NCBI GenBank assembly: GCA_013265495.1
Contig: MU058345.1
Span: forward strand, 232,586 to 252,585
From: Vicugna vicugna
Lineage: Eukaryota
Direction of reading: 5' to 3'
Length of the DNA stretch: 20,000 bases
This document shows positions 11,404-20,000 of this stretch, in pieces. The number at the start of each line of letters is the position of its first letter. The first letter of the stretch is position 1. Position numbers and translations under genes: made by a program. Under the pieces are notes generated by a model. That model did not search any database and was not told the DNA's origin. It saw only the letters and a program-made list of their open reading frames with translations.

Positions 11404-12065
11404 TCCTGTCTTATCTTTGAGAAGCTTAACTATTTTACTTGTTACATTTATATCTACCTGGACTTGATTTTTGTGCATGGTGTGAAAAAGGGGTAAATTT
11501 TTAACTTTCCAATGTTAATTAATCAATTAATAACACTGATATGCAGTACCAATTATGTGTAATTTAAGTGTCCATATATATATATATATATGGATGGATC
11601 TGTTTCTGGACTACTTATTCTGACCCTTTCTTCTGTAAGTCTATCTTTGTGCCTAATCGATGTACCAAAGTAATCTGAATTATTGTAGGTTTGTAATAAA
11701 TCTTGATACCCACTAAAGTGACTCTTACCACTTTCTTTTTCTTCTTTAAGTGCATCCTGTGAAAGAAGAGGAAAAACATGTTTATCTTTGGGCTTCATAA
11801 AGAAAGGTCAGAATTATTTATACATTTTAGAAAACAGAGATGTCTATTGAAATGTATACACTGGGGCAATGATCATTAATAAGAAAACAGTACAGAATTA
11901 TAGACTTTTGGGAAGTTAAAGGTTACTTTGATAAGCCATAGCAAGAGTCTCTGAAGTCTAGATATTTATAAGTCCTCTGTTAAGAAGACACATTTGAAAG
12001 TCAGTAAGACTTTGAAAAGTAAAAGAGGTAAAATGAAGAAGAGTTTGAAAAGGGAATATTTCCAG

Positions 12066-12330
12066 TGTTATGGGATGAATTGTGTCTCCATAAAATTCAT
12101 ATGCTGAAGCCCTAATGCCCAGTGTCTCAGAACGCAACTGAATTTAGAGATAGGGCCTTTAAAAAGGTAATTAAATTAAAATGAAGCTGTTAGACTGGCT
12201 CCTAAATCTAATCTGAATGATATCCTTATAAGGATCTTGGACTTGTGGCCTCTAGAACTGTGTAAATTTTTGTCGCTTGAGTCTCTCCATCTGTGGTACT
12301 TGTTACAGCAACACTAGCAAACTTAATACA
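12066..12330 (+). mobile_element. MaLR solo LTR (MLT1B-like) with internal deletion
   Basis: TGttatgggatgaattgtgtctcc-aaaattcatatgctgaagccctaa...ctagcaaacttaataCA; central block missing at ~12234; 5-bp flanks tccag/tctgg. Confidence 0.85.
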
Positions 12331-12378
12331 TCTGGTGTTGGCAAAGTTTTCTTCTGAAAGATTCATCAATAAGCAAGA

Positions 12379-12895
12379 TGTCGACTGAAATAAAATCACA
12401 CAACGTGAGAGTTGTGAGTTAAGTTTTACTTGGGACAGAATGAAGACTAGAGCCGGGAGACAGCACCTCAGATAGCTCTGAGGAAGTGCTCCCAGAGGCA
12501 GGTGGGAACTCAGTATTATATGCGATTTTAGTGAAGGAGGTGCGTGCGGTCAAGCACACACTGATGCAGAGGCTTGGTTCTAGTCACGAGGAGCAGATGT
12601 CACTATGAATGATTTTAGTGCTTTTTTAGATATGAAGAGATGCAAGAATTAGGGCTCATAAAATCTTCCCATGAAAATATCTAACTATCTGAGGGCCTGT
12701 TTTGCCAGTTTTCCCAGAGCACAGAGCACCTCGTTCCTGATCTCCACCTTGAGCGCCTTGCAGGGAGTGATGGAGGTCAGCGGCTGCTGTGGCTCATGAT
12801 TTAATCCAAGCGGAGGTAGACGGCAAGTGCCAGCGTGATTCAGCCCTTCAATCCTTGTAGAGGCAGATGGCAAAAGTGCCAATTTTTACATGGCA
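12379..12895 (-). mobile_element. ERV1-class solo LTR (cetartiodactyl, MER4-group-like)
   Basis: TG...CA termini (tgtcgactgaaa ... tttacatggca), 517 bp, 4-bp flanks aaga/aagt; ctcagatagctctgagga and gaagagatgcaagaattagggctcataaaatc motifs recalled from artiodactyl LTRs. Confidence 0.75.
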
Positions 12896-13554
12896 AAGTA
12901 AACAAGCGCAAAAGCAGTGCAGGATAGTAATTAAACTTTGAGGCAGCATTTCAGAACATATTAGGGAAAAATCAAAGTCCTCTTAAAATGGTTTTTGTAA
13001 GGGATGCTTTTAAGGAGAACTTTGAGTAAACATAGAGCAAAGAATGTCTTTGCCTACTTTTTATCTGATTATAAGGGTCCTCACAAAATAAACTGAGATT
13101 AAAAGGGTATTAAATGCAATTGGTAAAAGAAGAGGCACCTAACTGATGTGTAAACTATTATCCTTATTGTCTAGTGATTCCTGAAACAGGTGAGAACCAT
13201 GAAGCAGTACGGCCAAGAAAACGTTTTCTGATTGCCCAAGAGTCTCATCAGCATCTCACAGAGGAGCTAGAAGCTGATATCTAACACACAACGTGTTCTG
13301 TGTGGGGCTCATCACGTAGGTTCCATTTCAAACCTTCTTGATATCTTTACAAATTTCCAAATTAAAAACTGCTTGAGGTCTTCTCCTGGATGTACACAGT
13401 CTCTCTGCCTCAGTCCTGCATGAACTGCAGCCACATTTTGGAGCTCCAAGTGAGCAGGGCCATGTGAGCAGCACGAATACAGCTAAAATAGATTTAAGGA
13501 GGCACAGAGCCCCTGTAGTTTCTCTCCCAAGAGAATTATCATACTCTACATTTA

Positions 13555-13667
13555 CAGTTGATTTACAAGTTTCTTTCTCTAGAGTGTGAGCTTTTACCTT
13601 CTGCTCTTTCTCATCTCAGTATTTAGCATGCCCCTTGGTATTTATTCAATACTGATTGAATGATTAA
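13555..13667 (+). mobile_element. L2 3'-end remnant
   Basis: ctagagtgtgagctt...cagtatttagcatgccccttggta..ttcaatactgattgaatga resembles the L2 3' terminus. Confidence 0.45.
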
Positions 13668-13769
13668 GAGAGAACTGAAATCTAAGAGAATTGATTTATA
13701 TTCTAAGTTACTTGCGTCTTTGAGCTGCTTTCTTTGCTGTGAAGAATGACGATTATTTCTCAAATTCAT

Positions 13770-14950
13770 TAATTTTCTTTGGAGCTTTTGTCTTTCCTGA
13801 ACCTAAAGATTAATGGCTTTCATTAATTCTGGAAAATTCTCAGCCATTACTTACTTCTTCAAATGCTTCCTCTTCTCATTATGTGTTTTGTCTTCTAATG
13901 AAATTCTTATTAGGCTTCTTTTGGATTTCATTTTAGCTGTCATATCTCTTAACTTCTTTTTTCCATATCCAACAGCTCTGTAGCTCTGTATTGCACTATC
14001 GGAAATTCTTCAGATCTCCCAGTTTAGATATATTTAAAAATTGCTATCTCTTTTGGTTGCTTAATCCATGCATTGAGTTTTTAATTACAGTATGTAGAAT
14101 ATTTATTTCTAGAGGCTTCATCTGCCTGGTAGTTTTGGTAATGTCTCTTTCTCTTCTGGTGTTACTTCTTTTTGTATCTCTAAGCTTTTAAGATATCGTT
14201 TCCTCTATGTGTGATTTCTTGAGAGAGCTAAGCTATCGTTTGTTTGCCTGCCTCCTTCCATTCACGATGAATCATTTCTGTGTTCTCTATTTTGGATTGT
14301 GGCCTCATATTAGGAAAGACTTTATGTGTGGAATCCTTTGCAGCTTGGGTTGGAGGTGGTTCTCTTTGCTTTAAACTTCACCAAGTGTCACAGAGATATC
14401 ACAAGCTTGGAATCACCTTTTACTTTAACTTATTGGATTGTGTATTCCAGGATCACACAAGTAGAATATTTTTGCGCTCCAATCTCAGACTTGTGATTAA
14501 TTGTGAGTAATTCTTAGAATGAGAAACAAACAAACAAACAAGCCAATATTCAGTGAATACACAGACAAGCGTGCTTCTTTCCCTGTACAATTAGGTGGAT
14601 TTTTTTCGAGTCCATTTTGTCACTGAGATGAGAGTATAACAAAAACCTTGGCTGCAAATTTCCCTTTGTTTGCCTGGTCTCGAGGCCTTATCTCTTGATC
14701 TAAGTGACCACAATAACCAGACCCCTAGGAAACCCACACAACGTTGTGTGTGCCCAAGTGTCGGTTTCTGTCTGCCTCTCTGGCTTCCTGTTTCGGCTTT
14801 CTTTGGTACCCTAGGGGGTTTCCCTTATTTCATCATGAGTGCAGCTCTGTATTCAAAAAAGAGTTGAAAGGCATCTTAAATCTTGCATTTTTGGGTCTTT
14901 GTATTACATGTCTTTTCAAGTTATGCAGTGTGCCATCTAGCCAGAAATAG
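13770..14950 (-). mobile_element. Old L1-family 5'/ORF1 fragment (HAL1/L1ME-type)
   Basis: ctttcattaattctggaaaattctcagccatta and ttaatccatgcattgagtttttaatt are reverse-strand ORF1 landmarks; ends ttcaagttatgcagtgtgccatctagccagaaa like HAL1/L1ME 5' termini. Confidence 0.7.
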
Positions 14951-15234
14951 CATCCATAACTGTGTTTTATATATTTACACACGGAAATTCAAGCATTGCA
15001 TGAGAAGACCATGCTTTAGGTTTGCAAGTGAGTCAGAAAGGAAGGACTGAGATTAGATAGAGTGGGTAGGGACCATGAGAAGATGGAGAGGAGGTCCCGG
15101 GGGCTGAGATAGAGGCTAAGTGGAGATGACTGGGAAGACATGGAGGAGTGAGAAAGAAGGAGGGAGAAGCAGGGTGGGGAAAGAGGAGAGCACATGGGGG
15201 GAAGGAGCCGCAGGACAGTGAGACACAAGAATGC

Positions 15235-15388
15235 TGGAGCCAAAAGTCATATTGGAAAATATTCAGTTCTTCAACCCAGCCGTTTTCCAGATAAGGAAAC
15301 TGAAGCCAGAATGCTGATGTGATTTCTCCAATTCATTGTATCCATCTGGGGGTTCATCTTAACTCTCAGTCAGGAGCTCTTTTTAGTG
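15235..15388 (-). mobile_element. MIR
   Basis: MIR core ttttccagataaggaaactgaagccaga...gtgatttctccaa at ~15283-15330. Confidence 0.65.
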
Positions 15389-15843
15389 GAAAAGATTTGC
15401 TGGGAGTGAGAGAAGCACACAAACTAGATGCAGGAATTGCTGCTGGAGGCCTGAAAGGTGAGAGACACGCTCGACACAGAGTGGTAGGGAAAATGAGGTC
15501 CGTACAAGGCAGACGGTAGAAGAGAGTGGATTTCTCCAGCAGGGGAGATGAGGTTTCTGTGGGTGGGGAAGGAGGATGTCTGGTGAGTGTGTGAGACCCT
15601 GTGGGGAGGGGAGCTCACATCTGGGTCCTGAGAAGGGCTTTCCAGGGGAGGGCGGAATTCAAGAGCTGTGAGGGTGTTTGGAGGAGCATCAAGTAAGAGC
15701 TGTGAGAGAGAACAAGAGCATGCTGGTGGCCTGAGCACCAGTGAATGGAGAAGAAGGACCCCAGGGAGGTCTGGCGACACAGGGAGGAAAGCTGGACTCC
15801 AGGGAATAGCTGAGATGGCCTGCCTGCCTGAGTTCTAATCAGG

Positions 15844-15907
15844 GTGTGTCCCACCCATCCCAGTCTTCTTCTCTGGGGTTTTCTGGTCCAGGGAGCACAC
15901 ATCAGCA
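15844..15907 (+). pseudogene. CD1 pseudogene, decayed leader exon
   Basis: CTTCTTCTCTGGGGTTTTCTG-GTCCAGGG-AGCACACATCAG aligns to human CD1E exon 1 (LLFEGLCCPGENTA) with two 1-nt gaps; LLLW also recalls the CD1D leader. GTG in place of ATG; weak phase-1 GT at 15908; 108-nt intron to the acceptor at 16015. Confidence 0.55.
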
Positions 15908-16015
15908 GTGACCTGTGTAGCCATCTCCGTCTCTCTCAATTCCTTAATTTTCTCCCCCATCCCCCCGCCCCCATTTTATCTCTCAGTGTTAGCCTCCAGT
16001 TCTGCCCTTTCTCAG

Positions 16016-16254
16016 TGCCCCGAGTTCTCAGTGTCCCTCAGCCAGCTCCTGGGAAGCCCCTCTCCTTTCTCCTCTGACCCTCATCCACCACAGCTGAGTG
16101 CACAGTCAGGAGTGGAGCTGGCTGGGAAAGCTGCAGGTCCGCAGTGGGACCACAACCCGAGTATCAGCTGCTTCCTCCTTCCCGATGGGGAGCAATTCTG
16201 CCCACAGGCGCTGTGCTCACGAGGCTTGTGGCTCTGCTCTACTTCTCTTTCCAA
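16016..16254 (+). pseudogene. CD1 pseudogene, alpha-1 exon with CD1E-like propeptide
   Basis: Acceptor ctgccctttctcag|. Across frameshifts reads xPRVLSVPQPAPGKPLSFLL* / HHS*VHSQEWSWLGKLQVR / WDHNPSISCFLLP / FCPQAL / LLYFSF, versus human CD1E [71 protein letters not shown]. Stops at 16075-77 and 16095-97 (Trp position). Confidence 0.85.
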
Positions 16255-16355
16255 TCTCTTCCTCCTCCCCTCCCGCCTCTGCCTCCCTCCTCTTCCTCTT
16301 CCTCTCCCCCTCCTCCTCCTCCTCCTCTTTGCCTCCCCTCTGCTCCCTCCTCCGT
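16255..16355. repeat. C/T-rich low-complexity tract including (CCT)n
   Basis: Directly visible; explains the Pro/Ser- and Glu-rich ORFs here. Confidence 0.85.
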
Positions 16356-16499
16356 CTGTTATGTCCCTTGGTGTCTCTGACCAGCTCCCAACCCATTGGT
16401 CCCAGACCTACATTCCTCATTTAACTCTCTCCTCTCTCCACTACTCAAACTCAAGCTGCCTCCTCCTCGCTTTTCCCAGTCCACACTGAAGGGCATAAG

Positions 16500-16570
16500 C
16501 CCTGGTGATTACATAATTTTAGGGGACCCAGTGCAAAATATAAATGTTGGGCCTCATACTTACGAAGGAA
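16500..16570 (+). mobile_element. MER45-like (hAT-Tip100) fragment
   Basis: cataattttaggggacccagtgcaaaatataaatgttgggcc versus MER45 cataatttgcggggcccagtgcaaaatgaaaatgcggggcc. Confidence 0.55.
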
Positions 16571-16723
16571 GAAAAAGTGCTTTTAATGATTCTAAAATAC
16601 AAACCTAAAATAGAAACCTTTCTTTTTTTTTCTTTTTCTTTTTTGAGTTTAGCCTCTCTCTCTTTCTCTCTCTCCCTCTCTCTTCTCAATCCATCTGGTG
16701 GAATTTTCTGGTTTATTTGTTTT

Positions 16724-16791
16724 TTTTTTAATTGAAGTATAGTCAGTTACAATGTGTCAATTTTTGGTGTACAGCACAATGTCTTAGAGAT
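16724..16791 (-). mobile_element. Extremely 5'-truncated young L1 (68 bp of 3' end)
   Basis: aattgaagtatagtcagttacaatgtgtcaatttttggtgtacagcacaatg is homologous to the L1 3' end at 9171-9221; TSD gtttatttgtttt at 16711-16723 and 16792-16804. Confidence 0.8.
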
Positions 16792-16959
16792 GTTTATTTG
16801 TTTTAATTTGCTAATGTCACTCTCTTGGGCAAAGGGACTCATAGGGCAAGTGTTGACCCTCTTAGGCACCTGGTGGCTCCTCTCCCTTTGTTTTTTTTGT
16901 GTATGTGTTTAATAATTTTTGGTCACTTCCTCCATTGCCTGCTACCTGCTCGGGAGAAG

Positions 16960-17695
16960 GAGTAGGGGCATTATCTGTATTCTGGGTCAGTCTCGTTCTT
17001 AGGCGGATGCATTGGCTTTGAGTTTTGGTATTTGGACCATCTAAGTGTTCCTTAATAGTTGAGGTGCAGCCTCTAATAGTTGAGGAGACGCTGTTTTAGG
17101 GTCCCTTCCCCACCTTTCTTCTTCCTCCAGCTGCTGTGTGTCTTCACCTGTGTTCTGAAGGCAATAAATAGAGCTTTTAACCCTTGCACCCCTCCCCACC
17201 CTGTCCCTCTCCAGGTTAAGTCTTCCCCATGTAGGAGATGGGGAGAAAGATCTGGTAGGTGCCTCCTGCCTGTCTCATGCAGTAGCTGCTTTCAAACCTC
17301 CTGCTTGTGCCGTGAGAATTTCTCTGTCTTGTACAGGAGCCCCTGGTGAGGTCCATGGGAAAAAAACCTAGAGATACAAGTGAGTTTCTCGTGTCTGTGA
17401 CTCTCAGGGGTTCTATATACTCATGTTTCCTTTAGTAATTTGTTAACAGTTTTAGCTGAATTATTCTTACTGGCCTATATAACATTGAGCATCTGTCCCA
17501 AGTAAGCAAGGGTTTATACCCCCCGTTTCCTTGGAGGAGTCTGTCTTTCCCTAGATTTTGGGTTATTTGGCTTCCCTGATACTTCAGTTGTTGTGATGGG
17601 TTCGAGGAAATTTGTGATTTTGGTAACCCAGCTTGTAAAATTTGCAAGTATTCAAGTGAAGCTCTTTGTAGATTTCTATGTTCTAATGTTAACTT
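16960..17695 (-). mobile_element. Old L1 (L1MC/L1M4-type) 5'UTR
   Basis: tgatgggttcgaggaaatttgtgattttg...gctctttgtagatttctatgttcta resembles the reverse-strand 5' terminus of L1MC-type elements. Boundaries approximate. Confidence 0.6.
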
Positions 17696-18005
17696 TCCAA
17701 AATGTTTTCTTCCTTGAGTTAGCATGAGATAATTTCCTTTTACTTATAAACCAAGAAATAACAAAATAAATAGCCAAAGTACACTTATCCAGGTGATAAA
17801 AAGCACAAACGATTATTTAAGAGCCTTTAAACAGTTATAAACACCATGAAAGAGGAAGGCCAGCATGTCCAGGAGAGACCAGCTTGGGGTAAGGCAAACA
17901 TAGAACATTCAAGCAAGACCAGTAAGAAGAGAATCTTGGATAAATGGTTTCCAAATACTCTATTAACTTCACTTCCTACAATTATCAGTGTTTTTTCATT
18001 ATAGA

Positions 18006-18184
18006 CATTGACCCAAAACAAATGGACTGACAAATATTTCTCCAGCAAAGACAGGTTTATTCAGAATCAGCAGAGTTGCAGTTTGGGGTCTGCAACCACG
18101 GGGAGCCACATGAAAGCTAGAGAGCTCTCCCTTCAGGTTTCTCAACTCAACTTAAATGAGATTTTTGTTTATTCATTTTTCACA
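18006..18184 (-). mobile_element. Internally deleted artiodactyl ERV LTR
   Basis: ttgacccaaaacaaatggactgacaaatatttctccagcaaa..ggtttatt (reverse aataaa)..ggtctgcaacca joined directly to gagagctctcccttc...tttttcaca; both ends of a recalled ~350-bp LTR. No clean TSD. Confidence 0.5.
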
Positions 18185-18382
18185 TCAGTAATAGGAGATT
18201 TACAGCAGGACCCTTTGGGTTAACTTCATGCTTACTAGCATATACTTTATCCTGAGTAAAAGTGTATAAGTTTCTCATTTTATCAAGTAGGTTACAAATA
18301 ATGCTTTCTGATGGCTTTAAAATGTTTTTATGTTGGAGATCGTCCTAATTTTAAAAAATATTGGATGCCTTTACTGAATTAT

Positions 18383-18464
18383 GCAATTACTCAAAAATAT
18401 TCATGGAGCACGTATCACTTGCCAGGTACTCTGTTAGGGGTTGGGGGTCCAGTAAAACAGGGGC
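18383..18464 (-). mobile_element. L2 3'-end remnant, interrupted by an LTR
   Basis: ctcaaaaatattcatggagcacgtatcacttgccaggtactctgttaggggttgggg versus L2 ttcaacaaatatttattgagcacctactatgtgccaggcactgtgctaggcgctgggg. Confidence 0.6.
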
Positions 18465-18887
18465 TGTTAATAACGAGAAAGCCACAGGCTCAAAATGGCA
18501 TCACTTGAGCTAAAGCCCAGGAAATCAAACCTAGATTCAATACGTGACTTAACTGCAGTTTCAACCTTCCCCAGAAATGTAAACGTAATCAACCAGCTTG
18601 GATGTTCTGGTCAGCACCAAGGAGGTCATCTGTCAGGGAGGCCCTCTCCTGTCCCGGGGGAAGAAGAAGCAATCTGCATGATAAAGTCCTTGCCACTCCC
18701 TTCCCCCTCAAAAGATGTCCTGGCCAAAAAATGACCCTTTCTTTTCTTTTCCACTTCCTTTGTCCCATAAAAATGTTCCATTTTGTACTGTTTCTCTGTG
18801 TGATGGATAGGAAGTTGCCCAATTCATGAATCCCGGAATAAGGCCAATTAGATCACCAAGTTTTCTCAGTTTTTTTCGTTGTTAACA
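18465..18887 (+). mobile_element. ERV1-class solo LTR (MER34-like group), 423 bp
   Basis: TGTTAA...TTAACA termini; caaaatggcatcac near the 5' end, TATA-like cataaaaa at 18766, polyA-like gaataaaggccaattagatc at ~18836. Confidence 0.7.
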
Positions 18888-19769
18888 GGATATAGATCTA
18901 ACACCCCAAGGCAACATCTGAAGTCAAGATCCTGAGTGGGCAAACAAAACAGTTAAGGGTCAGCTCTTTAGAAAATATTGCTTCAAGCAAGCTTTTATTT
19001 ATTTATTTTTTGTCTAGAGTCTAATATTATAATAAGTCTCAGCACACTAAGGTTTATATGTCTTGTTTTATGTGTTTTTATTCCCAAGTAGACTAAAATC
19101 TCCTTGAATAAAGTGATTGCGTTGTCAACCACTGTACGTTCACAAGTGTAACAAGATGCTCGAGTCCAGGCTAAGTGGCTGTTTGGTGAGTGAGTATCTG
19201 TCAATGCAAGTCAAAGAGAGGGCGTTTTCCTGTGTATGTGCCAATGTTCCTGTGGTCTCTGTGATGGCTACTGGTCCTTCCCTAAAATTAACGGAGAATA
19301 TGTGATGGATTATACTGTTTCTCAGGGCGATCATAAGGGATTCTGAAAAAGCTAATAAAGCAAACAAAAGAGAGTAAGAGATGTGAATGAGAGGAGGAGG
19401 GGGTGAGGAAAGGGAAGAGAATATCTGAGGAAATAATCAAAAAGGCAGAGAGGAAGACAGAGGGACAGAAAGGGGCAGGGGCTTGCGAACCTTAGCCAGG
19501 CCACTGGGAAAACATTTAGTTTCATGCCTGTATTGTATGAATGAGAATAGAGGCCTTAAAAGCACACTGACTTTTCAATACCACCTAAGACTTGGTCCAT
19601 AGCAGCTAAATTAGGGGACGGTGAACAGGATGGAAGCTGGCGACAATAAGAGAAGCTTAAAGCCAGAAAGGAGATTCAGGACAGGAGTGGAAATGAGCAT
19701 CTGAGTAGGTGGTGCAGGGTTTAGGGAAGGAGCAGGCTTTCTTTCTTTTTTTTTTTTTTTCAGACGTTC

Positions 19770-19897
19770 ACTAAAGGGAAGGTTGGTCTGTTGGTAGCAG
19801 AAGGAAGTCAGAACAGAGGTATTGTGGGGCAGGTTTGTTCAGAACAGAAACCAAAGACCAATTTTCCTGAGCAAAAGAAAAAACATCTGCAAATGAA
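19770..19897 (+). promoter_or_regulatory. CD1A: CD1A proximal promoter/5'UTR, with ETS-type GGAAGT at 19803-19808
   Basis: gaagtcagaacagaggtattgtggggcaggtttgttcagaacagaaaccaaagaccaatttt...aacatctgcaaatga closely matches the human CD1A 5'UTR as recalled. TSS not determinable. Confidence 0.65.
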
Positions 19898-19958
19898 ATG
19901 CTGTTTCTGCAGCTCCCATTGCTGCTGGCTCTCCTCCCAGGTGCTGACAGCGAGGACG
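19898..19958 (+). CDS. CD1A: CD1A-type lipid antigen-presenting molecule, exon 1 (signal peptide MLFLQLPLLLALLPGADSED); gene continues beyond the window
   Basis: 61-nt phase-1 leader exon followed by the donor G|GTAAGA; hydrophobic leader like human CD1A MLFLLLPLLAVLPGDGNAD. The 5'UTR favours CD1A over CD1C. Intactness of downstream exons cannot be seen. Confidence 0.88.
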
Positions 19959-20000
19959 GTAAGAGCTCTGGCAGCTGCCCAGTTGGGTGCAAGAAGGGGT

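Larger units (their letters stand above)
9037..11750 (-). mobile_element. Ancient L1 (L1ME/MD-type) 3' portion hosting three later insertions
   Basis: Reverse-strand old L1 3' sequence (tagttttgattctgtttttgaattttatgtaactagaatcatacaa; cattccattgtatgaatatatcaca; ggatctgtttctggactacttattctg), continuous once the nested elements are removed. Confidence 0.8.

Noticed and set aside
15908..16489. 193-aa ORF, or a transmembrane exon starting at the acceptor-like ccacag|16094
   Set aside because: Explained by the frameshifted CD1 alpha-1 relic plus a stop-poor C/T tract.
17053..17085. 12-bp direct repeat taatagttgagg
   Set aside because: Only two copies in an L1 fossil; local slippage, not an array.

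Overview
Mammalian genomic DNA, almost certainly camelid (two Vic-1-type tRNA-derived SINEs with clean target-site duplications). It lies immediately upstream of a CD1A-type gene, whose 5'UTR and leader exon (MLFLQLPLLLALLPGADSED, phase-1 GT donor) occupy the last ~230 bp. Most of the window is layered transposon fossils (L1, ERV/MaLR solo LTRs, MER5A, MER45, MIR, L2), and most listed ORFs are spurious. Two decayed genes appear only when reading across frameshifts. (1) 15844-16500 (+): a divergent CD1 pseudogene (leader + alpha-1 exon) with a CD1E-like propeptide, ~3.6 kb upstream of CD1A where CD1E is not expected; a candidate extinct CD1 lineage. (2) 1770-3240 (+): a decayed THAP12/PRKRIR-like hAT-transposase-derived region with collinear motifs from the DUF4371 region to the hAT dimerisation domain; a candidate lost paralog. 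All reference protein and repeat-consensus comparisons were made by eye from memory, not by database search, so subfamily names are provisional.
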